DNA of 64,000 bases, taken from assembly GCA_028534125.1 (NCBI GenBank), contig CM052817.1, positions 4,032,001 to 4,096,000 of the forward strand. Reading direction: 5' to 3'. The notes beneath the pieces were generated by a model. The model had not been told where the DNA came from. It ran no database searches and was given only the letters and a program-made list of their open reading frames with translations. This DNA is from Lama glama (Eukaryota). The position numbers and the translations under genes were made by a program. Of this stretch, positions 13,351-23,157 are shown piece after piece; positions within the stretch are counted from its first letter, which is position 1; every line of letters begins with the position of its first letter.

Positions 13351-14179
13351 AATTTTGTGGTTTTACCAATGAGAATTTCCAGCTCTTAGGGGAGATCAGT
13401 TTTCCTGAGGCAAACCCTAGAAGACACTTACTGTAGCGATGAATAGATGTTACACATCCACCAGCCCCTTCCTGAGCCTGAGGAAGCAGTGTCCTGGCGT
13501 CAGGTTTGGTAGTTGCTCTGTAAATGTTTGCAGAATGAGACCAGAGAGGCTGGTGGTCAGGACTCCCAAATCTGGACAGTGAGGTTGAATCTCAGATTTA
13601 TCTGGCACATTTCTGAGCTGGCCACTGCGATTTCTGTGGGGGTCAGAAACAAAGATGGGGAAGAGCTTTGACTTTCTGCCTGGTACATTTTGGTCATTCA
13701 TCACTCCTTAGTGTCACGGTCCTTCCTCTCTCCCAAGCCCTCTCACCCCCAGCGTCTCTCTTGAGTTTCTAATCCCGGGCAGACTCTACGATAGCCACGC
13801 TCCAGATGACAAAACTGAGTCTCAGAGAAGTGGTGTGACGAACCAAAGGCCACACGCCGAGACGTTGGACCCAAGACTCCAACCTAGGACTTCTGACTGG
13901 TCCATGAACAGCTCTGGGAACTGTCACTGTGGATGGGCTTCCATCCATCTTCTTAGCTGCCGATAGAAATAATAGCCATATCTCCCTGAGGGGCTGGCGT
14001 GAGGTTCAAAGGAGACAATGGATATAAAACTGACACAGAAATTGTAATTGCCTGCAGACGTTAGTGTCCGTTACTGTGGTAACTGCCCAGCATTTACGGA
14101 CCACATTTGCTCTGGGTACCAATGGTTACATTGGCATTTTAATTTAAAAGCATTGTTATTTCTCTGTCATAAAAATAAT

Positions 14180-14280
14180 GTATATTATGCATATGTCCAA
14201 ACTCATTAAACTGCATACATTATATGTGTGCATTTTCACATATATGCATCACACCTCGATAAAGCTATTAAAACCTACAT
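14180..14280 (+). mobile_element. Short L1 3' terminal fragment
   Basis: atatgtccaaactcattaaactgcatacatt...cacctcgataaagctattaaaa. Confidence 0.6.
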
Positions 14281-16329
14281 TCATTACAGAAAATCTAGAA
14301 AACCTAAAAATGTAGGAAGAGGAGGAAAAAAATATTTTCTTTCAACCACCCTGAAGCCACCTCTGTTTAACATGGTAGAAAATTCTCTTGCAGCTTGCTT
14401 TCCCTCTGCCCAGTTTATTTGCGATTTAACACGGCTGTGATCACTGGTCTATATAATTAAAAACATTCTGTACTCAGTTTTATATCCTGCTCTTCCCCCC
14501 TAAGGGGGTGCTGATATGAAATGGGGAGAAAGACCAGTGCCACATGCGGGAATGCGGCACCGCTGGGCTGTGCCCCCGGCTCTGGCCCTCCTGTGTCCCT
14601 GGGCCAGGGAGGCTGCCCAGGAGGGACAGTGTTGGGCAGCCAAGGCCTGAGGCTTTTCCCGATTCCACATTCAGGGAGCATCTCCGTGGTCCCAAAGAGC
14701 GCCTTTCCTTGCCTTGTCCTCTGCAGTTTAATGAAACGCGCTTTTATCCTGATCAGTGAGTAGGTCCCGTGTGTCATCCCGCTTCTGAACCACCCTCCCT
14801 CCCTCCTCTTTCCTTTTGCTGTCTGAGCTGGCAGTGACCTGTGGCTCAGAGGGCCCTTGCAGGTCAGGGGCTGTCTGAAAGGAACTTGATTGGAAAAGGA
14901 AAAGGCCTGTATGGAACAGGAGTGGGAAAGCCACTGGAGGCTGAGGGAACAGGTCTTGAGACAAGTGGTAGCTGGTATTTTTGGTGACAGCAAGGAGCCC
15001 AGAGTTGGGAGTGGAAGACCAAGGCCAGGAGAAGTGAGAGGCGGGGACTGGGGGGAGACGGGGGCTCCGTTACCCTCCACTGACTTAAAACACGGGGCAT
15101 TCAACAGTAAGCATTTCTTACCACACATCTGCCGATCCCGCTGATCTGGACTTGGTTGGACTCAGTGAGCTGGTCGGCCCTCCGCCCTCCCTCCCTCTTG
15201 GGCTGGGGATAGGGGCACAGGCTGGCCCCTGGAGATCCTCCTCTGGGCAGTGGAAGAGGCGCAGGACCATGGCTTGTCTGCTGGCATCCCACAGGCCAAA
15301 GCGAGTCACAGGGCGTGGTCCCCGGCCCAGGGTGGGAAGCAGTGCCAGGTGCCAGGTGCGGGTGCAGGAGAGGACTGAAGATTTGGGCTCCTGATGTGGC
15401 CTGTTTTGGGGGGCTGCAGGTCACTCAAGGCTTTGACACTCTGAGTATCCTCAGGGAACCCCTGGAGGGCTCCGAGGGGGCTCCTTCTGGCTGCTCTTCT
15501 AGACCAGCTTGTGTCCAGGCTGGGAGAAATGGGGGAGATGCGATAGGAGGCTGTCACAGCCATCCAGGCAAGAGGAGGGAGAAGTGATTGGAATCTGGAT
15601 GTATCTGGAAGGCTGGGCCAGTAGGGCTGGATGTGGAGAGTGAGAGGGAGACCCCAAGGTGGCCCCAAGGCTCAGGCCTGAGCCAGTGGGAGGAAGGAAC
15701 TTCCATCACCCGAGACAGAGAAGAATGCAAAGGAGGGGACTTGGAGCAGAAACACCCCGTGACTCGGGAGGCAGACCATCAGCCTGGCGGTTACAAGGAG
15801 AGCACAGTGTGGGGTGGGCACCAGCTCAGGGGCCACATTAGTGTCCACCTGGGGCTGCCGAGAGGAGTAGTCAGGTCTGCGGTTTACCTGAAAGGAGAGC
15901 CGCTGTGTTAAAGGCTGACCAGAGATTTCGGTGACTACAGAGTCCAGGCCAGGGGTGTCAAGGGTCCTGTCCATGTGCAACTCGGTTGGGGGCAGGGAGG
16001 GGTAGAGTCGGCCTCTGTGGCCACCAGAGTCAGGCGGGTGAGTGTCAGATTTGCATCCCAGGCCCCTGATCTGCACATAAGGAAGCCCCCAAACTGCTTC
16101 TGGAAGGGAAGGAAGAAGGAAGGAAAGACCCACCCACAGTCTCTCTCCCGCAGCCAACAGGTGGGGGGTGGGGCGGGCGGTGGGACCCCTCGACAGTGCT
16201 CCCGGCCCCTCGGGCTCCTGCAGCCCAGCCCAGGGGTGTGGGGCCCTGGGGACGGGCGGGAGCAGTTCTGTCCAGCTGCACAGTACTGGGTCCTAATGAG
16301 TTGCGCCTTCCTGTCTCTGTCCCCCACAG

Positions 16330-16427
16330 CCGATATCATCTCTACCGTCGAGTTCAACCACACTGGAGAGCTGCTGGCCACCGGCGACAAGGGTGGCCGG
16401 GTCGTCATCTTCCAGCGGGAACCGGAG
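16330..16427 (+). CDS. PPP2R2C: PPP2R2C coding exon 2 (98 bp): (A)[32 protein letters not shown]
   Basis: Acceptor ttcctgtctctgtcccccacAG (16328-16329), donor GAG|GTGCGG at 16428; phase 1 to phase 0. Confidence 0.96.
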
Positions 16428-17105
16428 GTGCGGCAGGGCCTGGTGGGAGGCAGCTACACTCAACCCGGGCTTTAACCCGCAGGGTGCTGCTCCGTACCCC
16501 ACCATGGTGCCTGAGCTGGCGTGCAAGGGTGGGACCCTGCAGGGCACATCTGGGGGAGATGTTCTGAGCCCCCTCTGCTGAGTGGATGTTTGGTGATTGC
16601 TCACTGCATCCTAGACCCCTGAGAAACAGACCCCCCACCCCAAGTAAACTGCCCTCTGCCTGGGTGAGCCGGGGCTGTGCCAGCCAGAGCAGGGTAAAGG
16701 GGGGATGGGCCCTTCTGCACCTGTGGGTGGGCCCTCTGGCCCGAGTGGGTGGTTTTGCTTGGTCCTGGCTTTGCCCCCGTCAGGTCTGTTGTCCTGCAGA
16801 ATTCCCTATAAGACGAGAACAGCCCGGAACAGCTCCAGAGGCGCTGTTTCTGAACCACTGGAAGAACCTGGAGATTAAAAGGTCCTATTTGTTGAGCACC
16901 TACTATGTGTAGACAGCTTACTGCTCTCTCCACATGCTTTTCCCAGTCCTCATTGCCCAGTGCTGAGGGTACGGACCGACATCCCACTTACAGATACTCC
17001 CAGCTAGTGAGCAAAGACCAAGGAGTGAAACTAAAGCTGGATGCACACTGCTGCTCACACACCTCCCTGCCTCAGACATGGGCTGGGGTTAGATGCTGAA
17101 GACAC

Positions 17106-17153
17106 GGGGGGTGGGGAGGGGTGGGGAGGGGTGGGGAGGGGTGGGGGGAATGG
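17106..17153 (+). repeat. (GGGGTGGGGA)n G-rich tandem repeat, G-quadruplex potential
   Basis: At least seven consecutive runs of 4 or more G separated by single bases. Confidence 0.85.
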
Positions 17154-18506
17154 GATGAGGAAGAGAAGGTTAAGAGAGGGCAGGAGGGAAGGATGAAGGA
17201 GGTGGGGGGAGTGGCAGAATCATCCCCCGCCTCCAGTTCCTCAGCGTGGTCCCCACAGCTGACACCCCCCTGAGGCCTGACTGCCTGTGTTCGCAGCTGT
17301 AACCCCCTCACGACAACCCTAGTGGTGCTATAAATGCTGTTATCATCCTCAGTTTGCATATGAGGAGACTAGAGCTCAGAGGGTTTGAAACGGCTTGCTG
17401 AGAACACAGAGCCAGAAAGCAGGCAGTCCAAAACCGGGTTTTACCAAAGCCACATCTTCTTTCAGTCAAAATGCACCAAAAAAAGTGAAATCAGTCGATG
17501 CAAGTTTCTCCGTTTTGAATTTTTCTCCTTTAATTTTTTTCCTTAAACCCGTAATTTTCCCATGGACCTTTGCCACAGCCAGTGTTTATGGGTAGAATTA
17601 GAGGGGAAAATATTGAAGAACTTTAAAGCTTTCCAAAAGTAAAACAGATACGGAAATACAGAAACAGATACTTTTGAAATTTTAACAGGAACTTGAAATT
17701 GTGCCTGGTCGACTGTCTGTGTTTTGCTCCAGGCAGTCATAGTCATAGTTTCTTGTCGTCACATAATCTTGAGCTGTCTGCTGGGCAGTGGCCCCTGGTG
17801 CCCGCGACGGGCTCACCTCCTCACTATTTTGAGTGCTCCACCAGGAGGTTCTTATCACAACAAACTCAGCTGCCTAAACCGGGATGGAACCCGCTGAGGA
17901 AAGTCGGGGGGCGATATTCTATTCCAGTCTGTCTGACGTCGCAGGGTGTTCTGCCCCAACGTTAAATCTGCTCCAAATGCATTCATTCCTCGAGTCAGGC
18001 CTGAGTTGGACCCAAGGAAGTGCAAGGAGGTCAGAGCCTCGGACTCAGTGCCAGACAGACCTCAGTGGAGTGAGTGGCAACATTTAGTGGACTTGTGGTC
18101 TTGGGGGTCGATTCATCTCTGAGCCTCCACTTGTTCATCTGTAAAATGGGGGAGTCATGCTCCCCATCACAGAGGGGCGTCAAGGATGGAACAAGAGGAG
18201 GCGTGAGAAGCACTTGGCTCAGGGTGCTGCACACAGTAGGTGCTCAGTAAATGGGAGCTGGTAGAGCTGACCTTGTTCCTCCTTATCGGACTCTTACAAG
18301 GAGGTGACGGGGCTGGGCCATGGCTGCACAGCAAGGCATCGGCCACTTAAGAAGCAGAGAGTTCCTTTGGACCCTTGATTGGACGCCCAGTCGCCATGGC
18401 TGTGTCGGGCCCTGTGAGGTTTAACCAGTCCGGTCCCGTCCCCGAGCTGGCTCCCAGCGCGCCCCGCGGTCCTGGAGCTCAGGCTGCTGGTCTGGTTTCC
18501 CTGCAG

Positions 18507-18672
18507 AGTAAGAATGCGCCGCACAGCCAGGGCGAGTATGACGTCTACAGCACTTTTCAGAGCCACGAGCCAGAGTTCGACTATCTCAAGAGCCTGGAGA
18601 TAGAGGAGAAAATCAACAAGATCAAGTGGCTCCCGCAGCAGAATGCCGCCCACTCCCTGCTGTCCACCAACG
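18507..18672 (+). CDS. PPP2R2C: PPP2R2C coding exon 3 (166 bp): [14 protein letters not shown]...AAHSLLSTN(D)
   Basis: Acceptor tttccctgcAG, donor ACG|GTGAGG at 18673; phase 0 to 1; B55 motif [23 protein letters not shown]. Confidence 0.96.
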
Positions 18673-18691
18673 GTGAGGCGGCGGGCGGTCT

Positions 18692-18921
18692 GGGGGGGGG
18701 GGTGTGCGTGCGCGCGCGCGTGTGTGTATGCGTGCACATGAGCATGTGCGCGCGCATGTGTTGTATGTGTGTGCACATGAGCATGTGTTGTGTGTGTGCG
18801 TTGTATGCACGTGTGTGCATGTTACACCCGTGTGTGCATGTGTTTATGTGTGTGCACATGCGTGTGTGCATTGTACATGTCCGTGTACGTGTGTGCGCAT
18901 GAGCGTGTGCACATTTGTGTG
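18692..18921 (+). repeat. G-run followed by a degenerate (TG/CG/CA) alternating purine-pyrimidine tract
   Basis: gggggggggggtgtgcgtgcgcgcgcgcgtgtgtgtatgcgtgcacatg... about 220 nt. Confidence 0.9.
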
Positions 18922-19403
18922 TTATAGCAATTTGTTATCAAATGCTATTTCTCACCTCACTCATGGGGTGAACATTTTCTAGGGCTTTTGAACGATAATA
19001 TTTTGAGCAGCATGTCAGTTCCATGCAGTGAATGTGCTCGCCCAGCCTTTTCCTGTGGATGGTTGCGGGCTTTTTCCCGCTGCTGTAAATAGCAGCTCCT
19101 TGAACATCTCTGTGAATCCTTTTCTTTGGGGGTGGACAAAGGATGCCAGGTCAGGGAACGCAGTGAGCACTTGGTGCACACTGACCTCTCCGTCCGCACC
19201 CCCCAGACCACCCCAGCGTGGAGGGTCTCGCTGGATGGTGCAGGAGGCGCACTGGTTCAGGAGCCTGCCTGGCCACTCATCACCTGCCTCTGGGGGAGGG
19301 CACACACCCCCGCCAGGCCCCTGAGGAGGCTCCCAGCCAGACGGCGCTTCACTGTGGTCCACTTGGAGGGCAAGGCTCCTGGGCCATCTTGCCTCCACCA
19401 GCA

Positions 19404-19903
19404 NNNNNNNNNNNNNNNNNNNNNNNNNNNNNNNNNNNNNNNNNNNNNNNNNNNNNNNNNNNNNNNNNNNNNNNNNNNNNNNNNNNNNNNNNNNNNNNNN
19501 NNNNNNNNNNNNNNNNNNNNNNNNNNNNNNNNNNNNNNNNNNNNNNNNNNNNNNNNNNNNNNNNNNNNNNNNNNNNNNNNNNNNNNNNNNNNNNNNNNNN
19601 NNNNNNNNNNNNNNNNNNNNNNNNNNNNNNNNNNNNNNNNNNNNNNNNNNNNNNNNNNNNNNNNNNNNNNNNNNNNNNNNNNNNNNNNNNNNNNNNNNNN
19701 NNNNNNNNNNNNNNNNNNNNNNNNNNNNNNNNNNNNNNNNNNNNNNNNNNNNNNNNNNNNNNNNNNNNNNNNNNNNNNNNNNNNNNNNNNNNNNNNNNNN
19801 NNNNNNNNNNNNNNNNNNNNNNNNNNNNNNNNNNNNNNNNNNNNNNNNNNNNNNNNNNNNNNNNNNNNNNNNNNNNNNNNNNNNNNNNNNNNNNNNNNNN
19901 NNN
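19404..19903. other. Assembly gap (500 N), probably containing PPP2R2C exon 4
   Basis: Run of exactly 500 N; the expected DKTIKLWK...TSLQ exon is not visible between exons 3 and 5. Confidence 0.9.
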
Positions 19904-22249
19904 CCAGCCCCCCAAGGAAGTAGACATGAAGTCACTCCTACCCTGGAGGTCAGCACTGTGACAAAGGGACACACAAAGAGACTGTTCTCTACCTTGTCTG
20001 TTTGGTGAACTCCTATTCAGCCTTTAAAACCCTATCAGCCTCCACCCTGTAAAGCCTTTTCTACATGAGCCAGATGAATCCTTATCCTTCTCTGTCCACT
20101 CTAGCCTTTTGTATCCCGTACTTCTCTGTGCTTAGTGTCATGTGTCTGTCCTCCTGCCCCGCACCTTGACTAGACTGTGCCTCCCAGAAGAGCTAGTGGA
20201 GGGAAAGATTTATTCATGAAACCTCCAAACCTTCAGGGCAGGCTTCTCCTCCCTCTTCCTCTCCTCTCTCTGTTTAATGGCTTTGAAGCATGGCCTGGCG
20301 TGGCAGTGAGTGGCTGGAGCACTGAGTGAACTATTCTGAGGCCGCGGGGAAAACAGTGTTGCTGGAAGGAGAGGGAGGCAGCCTGAGATGCCCAGGCTTT
20401 GCTGGGCCTAGGACGCTCTCTGACCTCCAGGAGCAGGCGTGGTGAGAAGAAAGAGTCCAAGGATCCTCAGGGCAGCGGGTGGCTGCGCCCTGAGGGACGG
20501 GAAGGGACAGGAACTGCCTCAGACTGTCTCACACCTGGGGGCACGCGCTGGGCAGAGGGCCCCCTAGATGGGCCAGACACAGCAACGCTGACTCCTGGGC
20601 TCACAGTCTGGAAGCACAGAGACTCAACACAAGGACCATCCAGAGCCAGACAGACATGCGCACCGATGCACACACGTGTGTGCACGGTCACACTCACCCA
20701 CACTCGTGCACGCATACCCAGGCTCACACACTCACACGTGGTCACGCTCGGTGCCCCGGTACAGAGAACCTCTGATAAGGTCTGCAGAGCTGCCTTTGTG
20801 CTTGCCCACCCCCCCCAGCAGCATCAAAGCCATCACCTCCCATCTCAGCTGGCCCCCAGGGCGCTTGAGACCAGCTCGTTCATCCCTTCACCTGAGGACC
20901 TGTCTGAGGACTCAGCCCTGGGCTGAGTACTGGAGATGCAGAGATGAACACGGAAAAACACGCCTCGTCCCCAGCTGGTTCCCAGTCCACTGGGGAAACA
21001 AACCAAACAAACGACAACTCATAATGTGGACAGGGCTGTGATGAGGGACTTACAGGGCCGGGGAGCCCAGGGGAGCCCCGGGCCCAGCCTGAGAGTTGGG
21101 AGGGGGTGGGGAGAGGTCCCCTGGGAGAAGGAGGTTCTCTTAGATCCCACATCAGCCCGAGCCCAGCCCACACAGCCTGTTTCAATCTCTTCTCATACGC
21201 CACCTCCCAGTCACCCTTTCAGCCTGCTGCCCTGTCACTCGGTCCCCTCGCCTGTTTTATTTTTCTCCTTAGCACCTACTGCTGCCTGAAACCACACACA
21301 CACACTCGTGTGTCAGTGTATTGTTCCTCTCCCACTTGAGAGCAAGCAGTGGGACCCCCATCACCTGCCCTCACCCAGTCCTGATTGGACTCATGCAGGT
21401 CTACCTGGTGATTGCTGCCTGGGGCACAGGAGCCCCGCAGTCACCTGGCAAAGGGCTGGACTACCTGTCACCAAAATCTGCCCTCCTTCCTCTCCGACCT
21501 CACTGCCTCTCTCCTTGGCACAGTTCCCATCGCCCCTGCACCATCCCCACCTAGTGCCCACCCCAGACACTGTGTGGCAGTGTGAGCCCTGGTCCAGCCA
21601 CCTGTAGTCCCCTCCCCTCTGTACCAAGTGTTATTCCAGGAGCACTTGACTGTGGAATCCTCACAGAAGGGCCCTGAGCAGGCACCAGCATTAACCAGTT
21701 ACAGATAAGGAAACTGAGTCCCAGGGAGGTGAAGCCCCTGTGGAGGTGACAGTAGTAAGTGGCAGGGCAGGACTGAAGCGGCAGTCAGGTTTCAGGTCTA
21801 TACCTTTGCACTGTGATACCCTCGGGGGCATCACACCTGGTTCTGGTCGGGGTCTGTCATTTCCTGACTCTGTGGCTTAGGAAGTCAGGTTCGCCTTCGC
21901 ATCCTGTCTTCTCATCGGTGACATGGGGATGACCTGCCCCCATTTCCTACCCTCAACTCTGGGCCATGTCTGTCTGTACCTTAGAGGACCTCACAGTTTG
22001 CTGGAACGAGGAGTCCTGCCCAGCACACCCCGCAGAGCCTGCCGAGAGCCCTGATGGAGATGTGTGTGGCGTGCTGGGGATGAACAGGGCTGTGACACCC
22101 CTACCAGGCAGGCGGCAGCTCTCTTAGGAGGAATTGAGGCTCACCAGGTGTCCCAAGCGGGTGAGCGTTCTGGGCAGGGGGCACGGACGGAAGCACAGTC
22201 GTGCTACCTGACGCTGTCTCCGGGGCTCCGCACACTAGCCCTCTGAGGT

Positions 22250-22650
22250 AGGAGTCGGACTGACCCCAGCAGCTGTAGGAAATGACCCCAGTGTTCCAGG
22301 CAGAGCGCACAGAGATGTAACCCTCACTGGCAGAACGCGCCAGGTGGGCGTCCTGAGGCACACACAGCTCTCCCGTGAGGGCACAGCCTCCTTCCACCCC
22401 GTGCCTCCGTCCCTGCAGCCTGGGTCCTCACCGTCCTGCTGTGGACGGGGAAAGGGGCAGAGAAGGCACACCTGCCTCTTAACCACTTGGGCCTCCAAGT
22501 GCCAGGCCCTACTGTGCTCATGCCCCATTGGTCAGATCAGTCATGTGGCCACACCCAGCTGCAAGGGCAGCTGGGAAATGTAGTTCCTGCCTGGGCAGCC
22601 ACTTCCCCGAGATGAGGAGACACAAATGTTTGGTGGACAGTCTAACTGCC
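22250..22650. mobile_element. Old MaLR LTR (MLT1J/K-like); similar relics near 24900-25330, 54230-54830, 59240-59720
   Basis: cccattggtcagatcagtcatgtggccacacccagctgcaagggcagctgggaaatgtagt. Confidence 0.65.
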
Positions 22651-22979
22651 ACAGTATCTTCTTCCATTTTAGAAATGAGGAAATTGGGGTGCAGAGGGGT
22701 TCAGCCACTTATCCAAATTCACACAGCAGGCTCAGAACAAATCCCAGGAGGCCAAGCAAAGGAGGCAGGCTTTCCTGCAGGGCTGGTGGTGATGGACACA
22801 CTGTGTGGCACTGCTTATTTCCGACACATGCGGGACAGACGCCCACTGCCCTCCTGGTATCCTGTTCTGATCGTGCAGCCCTGGGTGTTTCTTACAGCAG
22901 CCGCCCTGCCAGTGGCCTGCCCCCTGCCCTCCTGCCCCGTCACGTCTACCTAGCCCTGACTACCTCTCCTGCTCTGCAG

Positions 22980-23157
22980 GTGCCTGTGCTGAAGCCCATG
23001 GACCTGATGGTGGAGGTGAGCCCACGGAGGGTCTTCGCCAATGGCCACACCTACCACATCAACTCCATCTCCGTCAACAGCGACTGCGAGACGTACATGT
23101 CCGCGGACGACCTGCGCATCAACCTCTGGCACCTGGCCATCACCGACCGGAGCTTCA
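22980..23157 (+). CDS. PPP2R2C: PPP2R2C coding exon 5 (178 bp): [17 protein letters not shown]...LAITDRSF(N)
   Basis: Acceptor ctctcctgctctgcAG; ends at U12-type donor A|GTATCCTTT; motif [23 protein letters not shown]. Confidence 0.96.

Noticed and set aside
16035..16043. Strong donor CGG|GTGAGT upstream of exon 2 as a coding first exon
   Set aside because: The nearest ATG (15973) gives phase 2, incompatible with exon 2; the phase-1 frame has a stop at 15932 and no ATG. Use as a non-coding exon cannot be excluded.
19015..19974. ORFs of 200-320 aa spanning the N runs (also 36499-37428)
   Set aside because: Artefacts of translating through assembly gaps.
18673..22979. PPP2R2C as a pseudogene because exon 4 is missing
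   Set aside because: All visible exons and splice sites are intact, and a gap lies where the exon is expected.
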